DNA of 64,000 nucleotides from Methylovulum sp. (GTDB lineage Bacteria; Pseudomonadota; Gammaproteobacteria; Methylococcales; Methylomonadaceae): NCBI RefSeq assembly GCF_028687615.1, contig NZ_JAQTZU010000004.1, positions 4,293 to 68,292 of the forward strand, read 5' to 3'. Shown piece by piece: positions 54,353 to 64,000 of this stretch (position 1 is its first letter; each line of letters starts with the position of its first letter). The notes under the pieces were generated by a model. It saw only the letters and a program-made list of their open reading frames with translations, ran no database searches and was not told where the DNA came from. The position numbers and the translations under genes were made by a program.

Positions 54353-54889
54353 TTATCCCTCTAATCCTGGATCTAACGCATATAACAAAGCTTGAATCAA
54401 TAAGGAAACATCACTTTTTACCCTGGCATCAACAGCAAAAACAGGGGGCTTTATTCCTAAGTTATTCAAATGGGCATGGTAGTCTTCAATGGTCGGCTTT
54501 GCACTCAAATCCATTTGTGTAACACCAATCGCCACCGTCGTATCTGAGATAAACTTATCAAACGTATCAAGGAAAAATTTCATATCTTGGAAAGGATCTG
54601 CCCTGGTATTGTCCAGTAACAAGACCAAACCAATGCCGCCTGTAACCAGAATATCCCACATAAAATCGAAACGTTCCTGACCTGGCGTTCCATAAAGATG
54701 AAGTTTTTCCCCACCCGGCAAATTCATAATACCATAATCCATAGCAACGGTTGTCGATGCTTTCCGCATTTTAGCCATATCGCTTGCAGAGGCATCAGTT
54801 TTTATCGGGGGAACATCACTGATTGAATGTATAGCTGTAGTTTTGCCGGCGCCCACTGGGCCGGTAAAAATGATTTTATACTGACTCAT
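54353..54889 (-). CDS. Small Ras-like GTPase (COG2229 / CvnD / MglA-like)
   Basis: 178 aa with G1 GPVGAGKT, switch-I TTVAMDYG, G3 LYGTPGQERF and G4 TQMD. Confidence 0.85.
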   Translation of the reverse strand: MSQYKIIFTGPVGAGKTTAIHSISDVPPIKTDASASDMAKMRKASTTVAMDYGIMNLPGGEKLHLYGTPGQERFDFMWDILVTGGIGLVLLLDNTRADPFQDMKFFLDTFDKFISDTTVAIGVTQMDLSAKPTIEDYHAHLNNLGIKPPVFAVDARVKSDVSLLIQALLYALDPGLEG

Positions 54890-54907
54890 ATTGATATATT
54901 GATTCCG

Positions 54908-56143
54908 CTATGCTTTCTTGCCAAGCAATGTACTGAGAATCCGACTCAGCAAGCCTTGGTTTTTGTTGGGTTTGATTTCAGGTGACTGTACTAATAAGTC
55001 AGCTTCTTTTATTACTTGACCAGCCAATCCTAAAGAACACGCCGCACTAATGAACACAAAAACGTACTGTGGCTTAATGTTAAGAACTTCAGCAACATTC
55101 GGCAAAGTTCTAGGGCATTGAATCAATAAGGCCGCAATACGTAAGGCGTGGGGTGTGACCAATAAACGGGTGAAGTTGGGCCAACTTTTCAGATAAACGG
55201 GTTTTTTTATATCAATTGTAACGGGGTAACGACCTTTTGATGCCCAACAAGCCACTTTCCACAAAAAAACATCCATGCTTTGAAACCTTTCCAAAGCCAT
55301 GCCCCCCTTATCTACTATTTCCTGATTAAGCGGAGTCACTGACATTTTTGATCCTAAGGTACTTTTAATAGCTATGCCAGAAAAAGATCTTACTTGGCTT
55401 TCATCAACATCTAGCCATACCTCATTATTGCCGGGAAAAATAACGAGTGGATTCCAGCCAGAATTTAATTGTCTGTTTTGACCTTTTTCACGGCTTACTT
55501 TAAAAGCAGATTCAACATAACCTTGAAAATAATCTTTGGGATTGTAATTAGCTTTGGCGAATTGTTTAGGATCGTTTACATCAATACCGGGTACGTTGCC
55601 GATAAAAGCACCGAAACCTTTCTCGTTCAACTGCATTGCCGCCTGATGTTTAGACGTTTTTTTCTGCTCGTCAGAATCTATGACGTATTTTTTGAGGACA
55701 GGTTTTTCAGCTTCAATATCGCTAAATTCTTCGGTTTTCTTAGAAGAAGCTAAGATTGTATCGGTATTTTCAGCGATGTTTACTGAATTTAATAACGACG
55801 GCGACTTTATATTTTGCCCAAGCAAAGCCTTTGCCTTTGCAAAAACGGCAAGCATATCATCGGTTTTAACCGGCTTTTTGACACACAAGGCATTAGCCAT
55901 TTGGGGGTGGTCATTAAGCGATAAGATAATGGCGGGGTTGATTGACTTGCTCTCAAAATGCTCACGCAACAGATTCTGTCCGGTAACAGAATCCGCATCA
56001 AAAATATCAACTTCTGCACTATTGCTGTTGACTACTAAAGCAACACCTTTGCAAGGCCCGCGCAAATACATTGCCATCATTTTGTAGCTACGTTCGTTCA
56101 TCCCATGTAACGCAACTTTTAATGGATTTTTGTTTTTATCCAT
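54908..56143 (-). CDS. Hypothetical protein: receiver-like N-terminus, possible DUF742-like winged-helix C-terminus
   Basis: 411 aa. KVALHGMNE .. VDIFDAD .. ILSLND .. VKKPV follows the receiver-domain strand pattern. The C-terminal segment LRIAALLIQCPRTLPNVAEVLNIKPQYVFVFISAACSLGLAG is HTH-like. Confidence 0.45.
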   Translation of the reverse strand: MDKNKNPLKVALHGMNERSYKMMAMYLRGPCKGVALVVNSNSAEVDIFDADSVTGQNLLREHFESKSINPAIILSLNDHPQMANALCVKKPVKTDDMLAVFAKAKALLGQNIKSPSLLNSVNIAENTDTILASSKKTEEFSDIEAEKPVLKKYVIDSDEQKKTSKHQAAMQLNEKGFGAFIGNVPGIDVNDPKQFAKANYNPKDYFQGYVESAFKVSREKGQNRQLNSGWNPLVIFPGNNEVWLDVDESQVRSFSGIAIKSTLGSKMSVTPLNQEIVDKGGMALERFQSMDVFLWKVACWASKGRYPVTIDIKKPVYLKSWPNFTRLLVTPHALRIAALLIQCPRTLPNVAEVLNIKPQYVFVFISAACSLGLAGQVIKEADLLVQSPEIKPNKNQGLLSRILSTLLGKKA

Positions 56144-56870
56144 CGCTATTTTGACCTTTAAATAAATAATTCAATTGATTCCATTCATCGATTATATCGA
56201 AACCTGATTGCTTTAATTCATTTAGCATTTTATTAAATCCTTCGGGGTCACGAGTCGATTGATAGAGGGCTAACAATTCATGCTGCAGTTCAAATCTTTT
56301 GGGTTGTTTTAGTATGGCGTTTTCAAGCACATGTTTCGCCTCTTCTAATTGGCTATATTCGATATGATCGCGGGCTATTTCTAAAGGGTCATAATCAAGC
56401 TTTTCTGGTTTGTCGATATAACTGATCATATTGTTCACACCAATCAAACCTTTGGTAAAAATTGAATATTGATTACCGGTTAATAAGCTGAAACGGGCAT
56501 GTTCGTCTTTTAAATAATCTTTAATCATCTTAAACTGATAGGCGTTCAAAATAGATTTTGCACCTATCAATACCCGCCAACTAATTGCCAGGCCTCGTTT
56601 ATTTAAAATGACCAAAAAATCAACAATCGCCGCAAAAAGCTGTTCATTTAAATTTTTATGGAAACAAAAATAGATCCTTTGCAAATGGGGCATTAAAGCA
56701 TTTGGTTTTCGCGCAATACGGAAGACCAGTTTCTCTAAAAAATCAGAATAATTTAACCGCTCTGGAGACCAGAGCATATTGGCATCTTGTAATGAAAAAA
56801 AACCGATGCCTTGTACAGGACTATTTTTTTTTTCGTTTTTACAAACAATCAGGTCAGTATCAACAGTCAT
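56136..56870 (-). CDS. Hypothetical protein with C-terminal TPR/FimV-C-like helical hairpin
   Basis: 244 aa. It overlaps the next gene by 8 nt. The C-terminus IEYSQLEEAKHVLENAILKQP..LALYQSTRDPEGFNKMLNEL is TPR-like. Confidence 0.45.
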   Translation of the reverse strand: MTVDTDLIVCKNEKKNSPVQGIGFFSLQDANMLWSPERLNYSDFLEKLVFRIARKPNALMPHLQRIYFCFHKNLNEQLFAAIVDFLVILNKRGLAISWRVLIGAKSILNAYQFKMIKDYLKDEHARFSLLTGNQYSIFTKGLIGVNNMISYIDKPEKLDYDPLEIARDHIEYSQLEEAKHVLENAILKQPKRFELQHELLALYQSTRDPEGFNKMLNELKQSGFDIIDEWNQLNYLFKGQNSDG

Positions 56871-57060
56871 TAATTATTGCTTCATTATTGATTACGGTTA
56901 GAGAATAGCTCTAAATTATCATTTTACAAGCGCATTGACCAATAAAATTGCTTGTCGGCAATATCCATTTTGAGCAACCATCAAAATAATCTAAGCCTGT
57001 TTACTAATTAATTATAAAATGGGCGTTTTTTTAACCCGCATTTATATAACGGGACTATTT

Positions 57061-57468
57061 ATGAATGAAAACACTATAAACCTTATAGGGCAATACTATG
57101 CCGCCTTCAACAGTAACAACATGGATACGTTCCTAAACTTGCTGGCAGATGATGTAATACATGACATTAACCAAGGTAAACGTGAAATTGGCAAGGAAGC
57201 GTTTACCCAATTTATGGCTTGTATGAACCACAATTACAAAGAGCAATTGGTAGATATGGTCATCATGTCCACTGTCGATGGTAGCCGTGCTGCGGCTGAA
57301 TTTACTGTGCTTGGTGAATATCTACAAACCGATGAAGGTTTGCCTGTCGCCCAGGGCCAAAAATATCATTTGCCAGCGGGTGCTTTTTTTGAAATCCGTG
57401 ACAATAAAGTTGCGCGTATTACCAACTATTATAACTTGCAGGACTGGATTGCTCAGGTCAGTGCTTAA
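57061..57468 (+). CDS. SnoaL/NTF2-like (ketosteroid-isomerase-like) protein
   Basis: 135 aa from the ATG at 57061. YYAAFNSNNMDTFLNLLADDVIHD is typical of SnoaL-like folds. Confidence 0.7.
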   Translation: MNENTINLIGQYYAAFNSNNMDTFLNLLADDVIHDINQGKREIGKEAFTQFMACMNHNYKEQLVDMVIMSTVDGSRAAAEFTVLGEYLQTDEGLPVAQGQKYHLPAGAFFEIRDNKVARITNYYNLQDWIAQVSA

Positions 57469-57536
57469 TTAAATAGCGTACCGTCAAATGCAATCGACTG
57501 ATATTTGACGGTAACCAACCATTACCACTCAATAAC

Positions 57537-59222
57537 TTAATATCCGGCTTTATTCCTATCGACTAACAAAGGCAATGCAAGAATAACTAGGCATATCAGC
57601 CATTGTGCCAGTTGTTGATTGGTCAGCGTAAAACTGAGCGATACAAGCAATCTTTTGCCCAGCTCTGGATAAGCAAGAATCAAATCGCGGCTTTGCAAAA
57701 AAGCCAGCGTTTCCCCCAAAACCAGCGCAAAACCAGTCACTAGCAAAGCAAACCCTAAGCGTTTATCGTGTGTAAATGGTTTCTTAATTCCACCTACTAA
57801 GTCTGTCATGTTTAACGAACAGGGCCGTTTGGTTGCATAGTGGATTAACATTAATCCCAAAACTCCTATGACTGGAATACTGGCAGTAAGAATGGGGAAA
57901 CTGATATAACGACCATTAATAGCCAAAAAAAACGTCTTGAACACGAAAAAACCGCAAAAAATCAAATAAAGCCGGTAGAGCCAATTACCGGGTATTTCGT
58001 TAGTGGCTTGCTTCGCCAGCATAATATAAGCCCGTTGCAATAATAGGCCCGCCAATACGGCATTGAGGGCGGCCACCAATAAAGTAAACAAACGTTGCCA
58101 AATGGTATAGCTGGTGTACCACAACAATTCAGCTTGGTTGGCCCACAACAAGGCAAGGATTTGCCACAATAGTAAAAAACCCGCCATAGGCAAAATCGGT
58201 AATATTCGCAACGGCTTCCAGCACACCGCAACTGCAAATACGAAAATTGCAATGGCAATCATCCATACTTTATACCAATGGGGATTTTCGTAAACCTTGC
58301 CCGTCAAAGGGAACACTTCTTCCCTGTCAATAGAGAAAAGCCCCCAATTGGCACCGACAACACCTTCCAACTCACTTTTCCAAGATTGGTTAATGGCTTC
58401 GACTATGTTGTAGTCAAAGCCATTGGCGTTGGCGACTTTTATCAACCCCCGGATAAATTTCGCTTCATTGACCACTCCCGGCACAGCCCAGCCACGTTGT
58501 CGGCCTTCGCTAGGCCAACCAGACTCACCGATTAAAATCGGCTTACTTGGCGCGATAGTTTCCGCTTCCTGCTGGACATGTTTATAAATACGTTCGATAT
58601 GTGCCGGAGCCTCATCAACTGCAATCGGTTCATCTTCCCAATATGGCAGGATATGGATGGTTATAAAATCAACTTCTTTAATCAGTTCAGGGTATTTCAT
58701 ATACATCGACCAAACATCGGCATACGAAACCGGCTGCTTGACGGCTTGTTTTACCTCGCGGATGTATTGGATCAACTCTTCCGGCTCCAGATCACCGCGT
58801 AATAACACTTCATTACCGACTATCACCCGTTTGACCACGTCAGGATTGGCATTGGCCGAGCGGATCAGCTCATCAAGCTCCAGCTTATTGCCTTTTTTGA
58901 CACTACCTAGCCAAGCACCCTGAATCATAGTCAAACCATATTTCCGCGCCAATGCGGGTATCTCTGGCATAGTACCTTCGGCACTGGCATAAGTACGGAT
59001 GGAATGGGTTTTTTTACTCATCAGGTGCAAATCGGAATCTAATTGTGCAACACTAGGAAAAATCTCATCCATCGGCCCTTGCCCTTCCCAAAACGGCGCA
59101 AAAGACAAGCTGTTGAGCTTGCCTTCAGGAACATCCGGCCCGGCATCTTGTGGCTGGTTAATTGCCCAGCCAAACAAAGCGGCCAACAAAATAATAATGC
59201 TAACGGTTGAAACTATTTTCAT
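57537..59222 (-). CDS. GH17-like glucanase/transglycosylase domain fused to a polytopic membrane domain (NdvC-like)
   Basis: 561 aa from MKIVSTV. The N-terminal TIM-barrel-like region has VGNEVLLRGD and ILIGESGWPSEG (GH17 catalytic Glu contexts), followed by about 7 TM segments. Confidence 0.7.
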   Translation of the reverse strand: MKIVSTVSIIILLAALFGWAINQPQDAGPDVPEGKLNSLSFAPFWEGQGPMDEIFPSVAQLDSDLHLMSKKTHSIRTYASAEGTMPEIPALARKYGLTMIQGAWLGSVKKGNKLELDELIRSANANPDVVKRVIVGNEVLLRGDLEPEELIQYIREVKQAVKQPVSYADVWSMYMKYPELIKEVDFITIHILPYWEDEPIAVDEAPAHIERIYKHVQQEAETIAPSKPILIGESGWPSEGRQRGWAVPGVVNEAKFIRGLIKVANANGFDYNIVEAINQSWKSELEGVVGANWGLFSIDREEVFPLTGKVYENPHWYKVWMIAIAIFVFAVAVCWKPLRILPILPMAGFLLLWQILALLWANQAELLWYTSYTIWQRLFTLLVAALNAVLAGLLLQRAYIMLAKQATNEIPGNWLYRLYLIFCGFFVFKTFFLAINGRYISFPILTASIPVIGVLGLMLIHYATKRPCSLNMTDLVGGIKKPFTHDKRLGFALLVTGFALVLGETLAFLQSRDLILAYPELGKRLLVSLSFTLTNQQLAQWLICLVILALPLLVDRNKAGY

Positions 59223-59293
59223 AAAAAAGCTGGACTCAAAAACGTAATACACAAAAAGGCACCACGATTTGTTGATAAACTAAAAAATCCCTA

Positions 59294-59337
59294 CAAAAAA
59301 ACCGTAGCGTTCTCCCTTAAGAAAGACGCGACGGTTT
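59294..59337 (-). terminator. ilvC rho-independent terminator
   Basis: The minus strand reads AAACCGTCGCG-loop-CGCTACGGTTT followed by TTTTT. It lies about 100 nt after the ilvC stop. Confidence 0.6.
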
Positions 59338-59435
59338 CATAGATTTTTCATCAATAACAGCTTGCTAATATTGCTAAACCAAGCAAACTAAGGCATCTGT
59401 ACAAAATCCCCTTACATTAACACCCCGCCATTCAA

Positions 59436-60467
<1,032 letters not shown>

Positions 60468-60491
60468 TTAGTTTGTAAAAATGTTTTGTGA

Positions 60492-60983
60492 TTATAAGCT
60501 TAGGCCCTTTTCGCCTCTGGATATACCCGTAGGCCCGGAGCGGACGACTTCAAGAATAGTTTCCGGGGCGATGGCCGCGACAAACGCATCCAATTTTTCG
60601 GACGGCCCAGTCACCTCAATGACATAAGTCGTTGCCGTCACATCGAGAATTTTGCCACGAAAAATTTCTGCGAGGCTGCGAATCTCACCGCGCGTATGTC
60701 CGGTGGTCTTAATTTTGACCATCATCAGCTCACGCTCAATGTGGGTCGATTCAGCCAAGTCAATGAGTTTTACCACATCAATCAATTTATTCAATTGCTT
60801 GATAATTTGCTCGACAATGTGCTCGCTGCCTCGAGTCACCAAAGTCATCCTGGATAGACTCGAATCTTCGGTAATCGCCACATTCAATGACTCAATATTG
60901 TAACCACGCGCGGAAAACAATCCCGCCACGCGTGACAATGCACCGGACTCATTTTCAATCAGTATGGAAATGATATGTCTCAT
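60492..60983 (-). CDS. ilvH: Acetolactate synthase small (regulatory) subunit
   Basis: 163 aa. [33 protein letters not shown] is the ACT domain. Confidence 0.95.
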   Translation of the reverse strand: MRHIISILIENESGALSRVAGLFSARGYNIESLNVAITEDSSLSRMTLVTRGSEHIVEQIIKQLNKLIDVVKLIDLAESTHIERELMMVKIKTTGHTRGEIRSLAEIFRGKILDVTATTYVIEVTGPSEKLDAFVAAIAPETILEVVRSGPTGISRGEKGLSL

Positions 60984-62737
60984 TATGCCAACTCCCTGTC
61001 TGTTGAGGTTCCCGTCGCCACCCTTAATTTCATGTCATGGTGGCCCTTACCGGCTTCGATCATCGGATACACGTTTTCTGTCCGGTCAGTGATGATGTCA
61101 AGGAATACGGTGCGGTCTTTCAAGGCAAAAGCTTCTTCCAATGCCGGCCTGACTTCTTCCGGTTTATCAATACGCATACCGACATGACCATAAGCTTCCG
61201 CTAATTTGACAAATTCAGGAATGGTATCCATGTAAGAATGGGAATAACGGCTTTCATACGAAAACTCCTGCCATTGCCTTACCATGCCCATGTAACGGTT
61301 GTTCAGGTTGATAATTTTAATCGGTGTTTTATATTGCAAGGCTGTCGATAATTCTTGTATGCACATTTGGATACTGGCCTCGCCAGTGACACAAGCCACA
61401 TCGGCATCAGGAAACGCCAGCTTGACACCAATAGCCGCAGGCAAACCAAAACCCATAGTCCCTAATCCACCGGAATTGATCCAACGGCGCGGTTTATCAA
61501 AATGATAGTATTGTGCCGCCCACATCTGATGTTGGCCGACATCCGAGGTGACATAAGCATTGCCACGAGTCACGGCATAAAGTTGTTCAATGGCGTATTG
61601 CGGTTTGATCAACGTACTTGCACGATCAAATTCCAAACATTGTAAAGACCGCCATTGGTCAATCTGACGCCACCATTCATCCAACGCTTTCTTATGGGGT
61701 TTGGACTTATGATCCTTAATCATTCCAAGCATTTGTTCAAGGACGTTTTTTACTTCGCCGACAATAGCCACATCCACCTTAACGGTTTTTGAAATGGACG
61801 CAGGATCAATATCAATGTGGATGATTTTGGCGTATGGGCAGAACATATCCAATTTGCCGGTGACACGGTCATCGAAACGCGCACCGATGGCAATAATCAA
61901 ATCACTTTCGTGCATCGCCATATTGGCTTCATAAGTGCCGTGCATCCCTAACATGCCGATGAACTGCTTGTCAGTAGCGGGATAGGCGCCCAAACCCATC
62001 AAGGTATTGGTCACCGGATAACCAAGCAATCGGCTGAATTCGGTCAATTCCTCGCTCGCCTCCCCTAAAATTACACCACCGCCAGAATAAATAACCGGCT
62101 TACGCGCTTCCAGCAAAAGCTCAACTGCTTTTTTTATCTGCTCCTTGTCTCCGTTGACAGACGGATTATAAGAGCGCATCACCACTTTTTTAGGGTATTT
62201 ATAAGGAACTTTTATATTTGGATCGGTAATATCCTTAGGAATATCCACCACGACCGGGCCAGGACGGCCTGTAGTGGCGACATAAAACGCTTTTTTGACC
62301 GTTTCCGCCAGTTTGGTCACATCCTTAACCAAAAAATTGTGCTTTACACACGGACGGGTAATCCCCACCATATCCACTTCCTGGAACGCATCGCTACCAA
62401 TCACGGGTGATGGCACTTGACCGGAAATAATGACCATAGGAATGGAATCCATGTAAGCCGTTGCTATCCCTGTCACGGCATTGGTCGCACCTGGCCCGGA
62501 GGTGACCAACACCACGCCCGGTTTACCAGTGGCACGCGCATAACCATCTGCGGCATGGGTTGCCCCTTGTTCATGGCGAACAAGGATGTGTTTGACGGCA
62601 TCTTGTTGGAAAATCGCATCATATAAATGCAACACCGCCCCACCAGGATAGCCAAAAATATATTCTACGCCTTCGTCTTTAAGACTCTGAACCAGAATTT
62701 GTGCACCACTTAACTCCACGCTCACCTCAATAAACAT
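60983..62737 (-). CDS. ilvI: Acetolactate synthase large subunit
   Basis: 584 aa with the ThDP motif [15 protein letters not shown]. The true start may be a few codons downstream (VELSGAQIL). Confidence 0.95.
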   Translation of the reverse strand: MFIEVSVELSGAQILVQSLKDEGVEYIFGYPGGAVLHLYDAIFQQDAVKHILVRHEQGATHAADGYARATGKPGVVLVTSGPGATNAVTGIATAYMDSIPMVIISGQVPSPVIGSDAFQEVDMVGITRPCVKHNFLVKDVTKLAETVKKAFYVATTGRPGPVVVDIPKDITDPNIKVPYKYPKKVVMRSYNPSVNGDKEQIKKAVELLLEARKPVIYSGGGVILGEASEELTEFSRLLGYPVTNTLMGLGAYPATDKQFIGMLGMHGTYEANMAMHESDLIIAIGARFDDRVTGKLDMFCPYAKIIHIDIDPASISKTVKVDVAIVGEVKNVLEQMLGMIKDHKSKPHKKALDEWWRQIDQWRSLQCLEFDRASTLIKPQYAIEQLYAVTRGNAYVTSDVGQHQMWAAQYYHFDKPRRWINSGGLGTMGFGLPAAIGVKLAFPDADVACVTGEASIQMCIQELSTALQYKTPIKIINLNNRYMGMVRQWQEFSYESRYSHSYMDTIPEFVKLAEAYGHVGMRIDKPEEVRPALEEAFALKDRTVFLDIITDRTENVYPMIEAGKGHHDMKLRVATGTSTDRELA

Positions 62738-62967
62738 AATTTTCGATTTGACTCGAATTATATTCGTTTTAAAAACTTCCTATAATGGGGATCAGTTTTA
62801 AAAACGGTTAACTATTTTTTAATGCTGTCATTTTCCTACAACATAATCTTAGGTATTCTACTAGGTTCTTAGTAAAATTGTAATTATCATCTAATCTGCT
62901 TGGGCTTTCGAAAAACTCATTACCAACTAGATTTTGTTAAACCACTAAAGAGGTTTTCGTAACAACC

Positions 62968-64000
62968 ATGTCTAACAAATTCATTTTAAAATCACTTATT
63001 GTTATTTTTCTGACGGGTTGTGCTAGCGAACCAACACAACAAACCAATTTGCCGCAATCAATCAAAAAATCAATCAAAATAACCCCGATACCTGAACAAT
63101 CAAATCAAGCCATTGAAAACTATAATGGTTACACTGCACCCAAAGCGAATTTCGAAGACTATTCAGCATCATTAATCACGGGTGATTACGCAGGTTATTA
63201 TTCGGTACAAAACTTTATCCAATACATGGTGGGCAGACATGGCTTTTCAGAGAGCTATTTACACGGTTTATTCTCTCAGGCCAACCGCCTTGAGTCAGTT
63301 ATCCGTCTTGAAAATCCTGAACCATCGACAACTCCAAGCAAACCTCGCTTAGGAAGCTGGACACGTTATCGCAACAAATTCCTGACTGAAGCCCATATAA
63401 ACAACGGCGTGGAATTCTGGCGCAACCATGCCGATGCGGTTGATAGGGCGAGTGCGGACTATGGGGTTGATCCTGAATATATTGTCGCCATCATTGGCGT
63501 TGAGACTTACTTTGGCAAAAATATTGGTAAGACCTGCATTTTTGACGCTTTAACCACATTGGCTTTTGATACCCATAGACGCTCGAAGTTTTTCACCTCA
63601 GAATTGGAAAACTTTCTATTGATGGCTCGTGAAGAGGGCTATGAACCCAAACAACCAGTCGGTTCATGGGCGGGGGCGATGGGCTTAGGGCAATTTATGC
63701 CTAGCAGTTTCCGCCGTTTGGCAGTCGATTTTGACCACAATGGACGACGGGATATATGGCATCCTGAAGACGCGATAGGCAGTGTCGCCCATTATTTTTC
63801 CCGTAGTGGTTGGAAATTCAACCAACCCGTGACCTATCAGAGCGCTCCATCTAGCGATTCGACGGTGATAGAGTTAAGCACTTATCAAGGTAACGAATAT
63901 TGGCGTGTCCATAGCAATTTTAAAGTGATTAAACGTTATAACAATAGCAACAAATACGCTATGGCAGTGCATCAATTGGCCCATGCCATCAAGCAGAGAT
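62968..64000 (+). CDS. mltB: Lytic murein transglycosylase B (3'-truncated by the window edge)
   Basis: My own translation from the ATG at 62968 gives lipobox LTGC, IIGVETYFG, GAMGLGQFMPSSF and YNNSNKYAMAV. The frame stays open to the end of the window. Confidence 0.9.
   Translation, partial: MSNKFILKSLIVIFLTGCASEPTQQTNLPQSIKKSIKITPIPEQSNQAIENYNGYTAPKANFEDYSASLITGDYAGYYSVQNFIQYMVGRHGFSESYLHGLFSQANRLESVIRLENPEPSTTPSKPRLGSWTRYRNKFLTEAHINNGVEFWRNHADAVDRASADYGVDPEYIVAIIGVETYFGKNIGKTCIFDALTTLAFDTHRRSKFFTSELENFLLMAREEGYEPKQPVGSWAGAMGLGQFMPSSFRRLAVDFDHNGRRDIWHPEDAIGSVAHYFSRSGWKFNQPVTYQSAPSSDSTVIELSTYQGNEYWRVHSNFKVIKRYNNSNKYAMAVHQLAHAIKQR

Overview
64-kb chromosomal segment of a gammaproteobacterium. 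Protein sequences and gene order look Methylococcales-like, but that taxonomic guess is unverified. I call about 60 protein-coding genes. I saw no rRNA, tRNA or CRISPR array by eye. The housekeeping backbone is glnE, truD, secA, argC, sdhCDAB plus an sdhE-like gene, rimI, udg, leuA, pssA, phoBR, ilvIHC and a 3'-truncated mltB. Seven regions stand out. (1) A Zn-limitation-type locus: a near-consensus Zur box, a TonB-dependent receptor and a COG0523 GTPase. (2) An eight-gene minus-strand cluster (23912->16576) of secreted or envelope proteins. It encodes three proteins predicted to mature with an N-terminal His (one YcnI/DUF1775-like), an STN+HEAT protein and TlpA. It also encodes a DUF4266 lipoprotein, a DUF3570-like protein fused to a second barrel through His- and Met-rich tracts and carrying a canonical FMN-attachment motif, and a signal-less ApbE. 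(3) A MacAB-like ABC exporter whose adaptor/ATPase and two permease genes converge on a 2.8-kb accessory island. The island holds a 403-aa PD-(D/E)xK nuclease-like ORF, palindromes, a MITE-like element and a TacA/TacT module whose toxin is out of frame at a C7 tract. (4) A PIN-type toxin-antitoxin pair inserted between sdhA and sdhB. (5) A tightly packed seven-gene minus-strand operon (56870->52053) built around a CvnD/MglA-like small GTPase and Roadblock/LC7 proteins, with PAS and signal-less PhnD-like sensor candidates. It is conservon-like but has no histidine kinase. (6) Several REP/BIME-like palindromic repeat families. (7) A GC-rich, hairpin-dense non-coding island between argC and the exporter. 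All functional calls rest on motifs read directly from the translations. No database search was possible.
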